From positions 9,569 through 73,568 of the forward strand of contig CAVBBF010000001.1 in NCBI GenBank assembly GCA_963593735.1: a stretch of DNA of 64,000 nt, given 5' to 3'. This document shows positions 63,932-64,000 of the stretch, piece by piece (within the stretch, counting starts at the first letter, position 1; each line of letters starts with the position of its first letter). The notes beneath the pieces were generated by a model. That model had not been told where the DNA came from. It saw only the letters and a program-made list of their open reading frames with translations, and searched no databases. This DNA is from Phascolarctobacterium succinatutens. Lineage in GTDB: Bacteria; Bacillota; Clostridia; Christensenellales; CAG-917. The position numbers and the translations under genes were made by a program.

Positions 63932-64000
63932 GAAACGAAAACTTATTCGAAGACTACTCTTACACGAAATGTGCAACTTCGAAGACGAGATGAAACCGCC

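Noticed and set aside
1-64000. A transposase, integrase, reverse transcriptase, TnpB/IscB or RAYT gene that could mobilise the repeats.
   Set aside because: None of the ORFs in the six-frame track shows motifs of these families. If a cognate enzyme exists, it is encoded outside this window.

Overview
The 64 kb window holds about 50 protein-coding genes, roughly 80% on the minus strand. Gene content suggests an anaerobic Bacillota/Clostridia-like chromosome; this is inferred from tmk-holB-ricT, rpmH-rnpA-yidD-yidC-jag-mnmE-mnmG, LVACN-type lipoboxes and a flavodiiron protein. From left to right: a PepT-type (peptide/nickel) ABC importer with a divergent TetR; a tight hypB-hypB-[954 aa Fe-S flavoprotein]-hypA operon; a TetR plus fused MacB-like ABC exporter; an M28 peptidase, serS and leuS; a GH5 lipoprotein and tmk-holB-ricT; an AT-richer island with a 197 aa hypothetical and a BspA-type LRR lipoprotein; ung, DUF896, a phosphoribosyltransferase and a U32 peptidase; a metallophosphoesterase, a CDF transporter and a 571 aa membrane protein; an SDR, a lipoprotein, aspS-asnA and asnS; trxB and glmM; mnmG-mnmE-jag-yidC-yidD-rnpA-rpmH; argS, ychF, uppP, a flavodiiron protein and two lipoproteins. 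I recognised no rRNA, tRNA, CRISPR array, transposase or phage gene. The most unusual content is non-coding. Roughly 6 kb (about 10% of the window, estimated by eye) is a modular system of interspersed repeats confined to intergenic regions. (1) A 110-130 nt four-helix hairpin element has 12 full and at least 9 truncated copies, all in the same orientation. Its loops are conserved and its stems covary, and its 3' end sits on or overlaps the stop codon of the neighbouring minus-strand gene in 9 of 12 copies. (2) A 32 nt pure-A/T box is followed by a covarying GC hairpin (5 copies). (3) A ~260 nt core element occurs in both orientations (6 copies). (4) TTCGAAG-rich ~60 nt units, a ~240 nt module (called M3 here) and a ~50 nt hairpin module are found nested inside the other elements. 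I do not recognise these as any named repeat or RNA family. The second notable item is the nickel-chaperone operon (hypA plus two hypB) wrapped around a large Fe-S flavoprotein, with no hydrogenase, urease or CODH gene in the window. All alignments and base-pair counts were made by eye; no database search or statistic was run.
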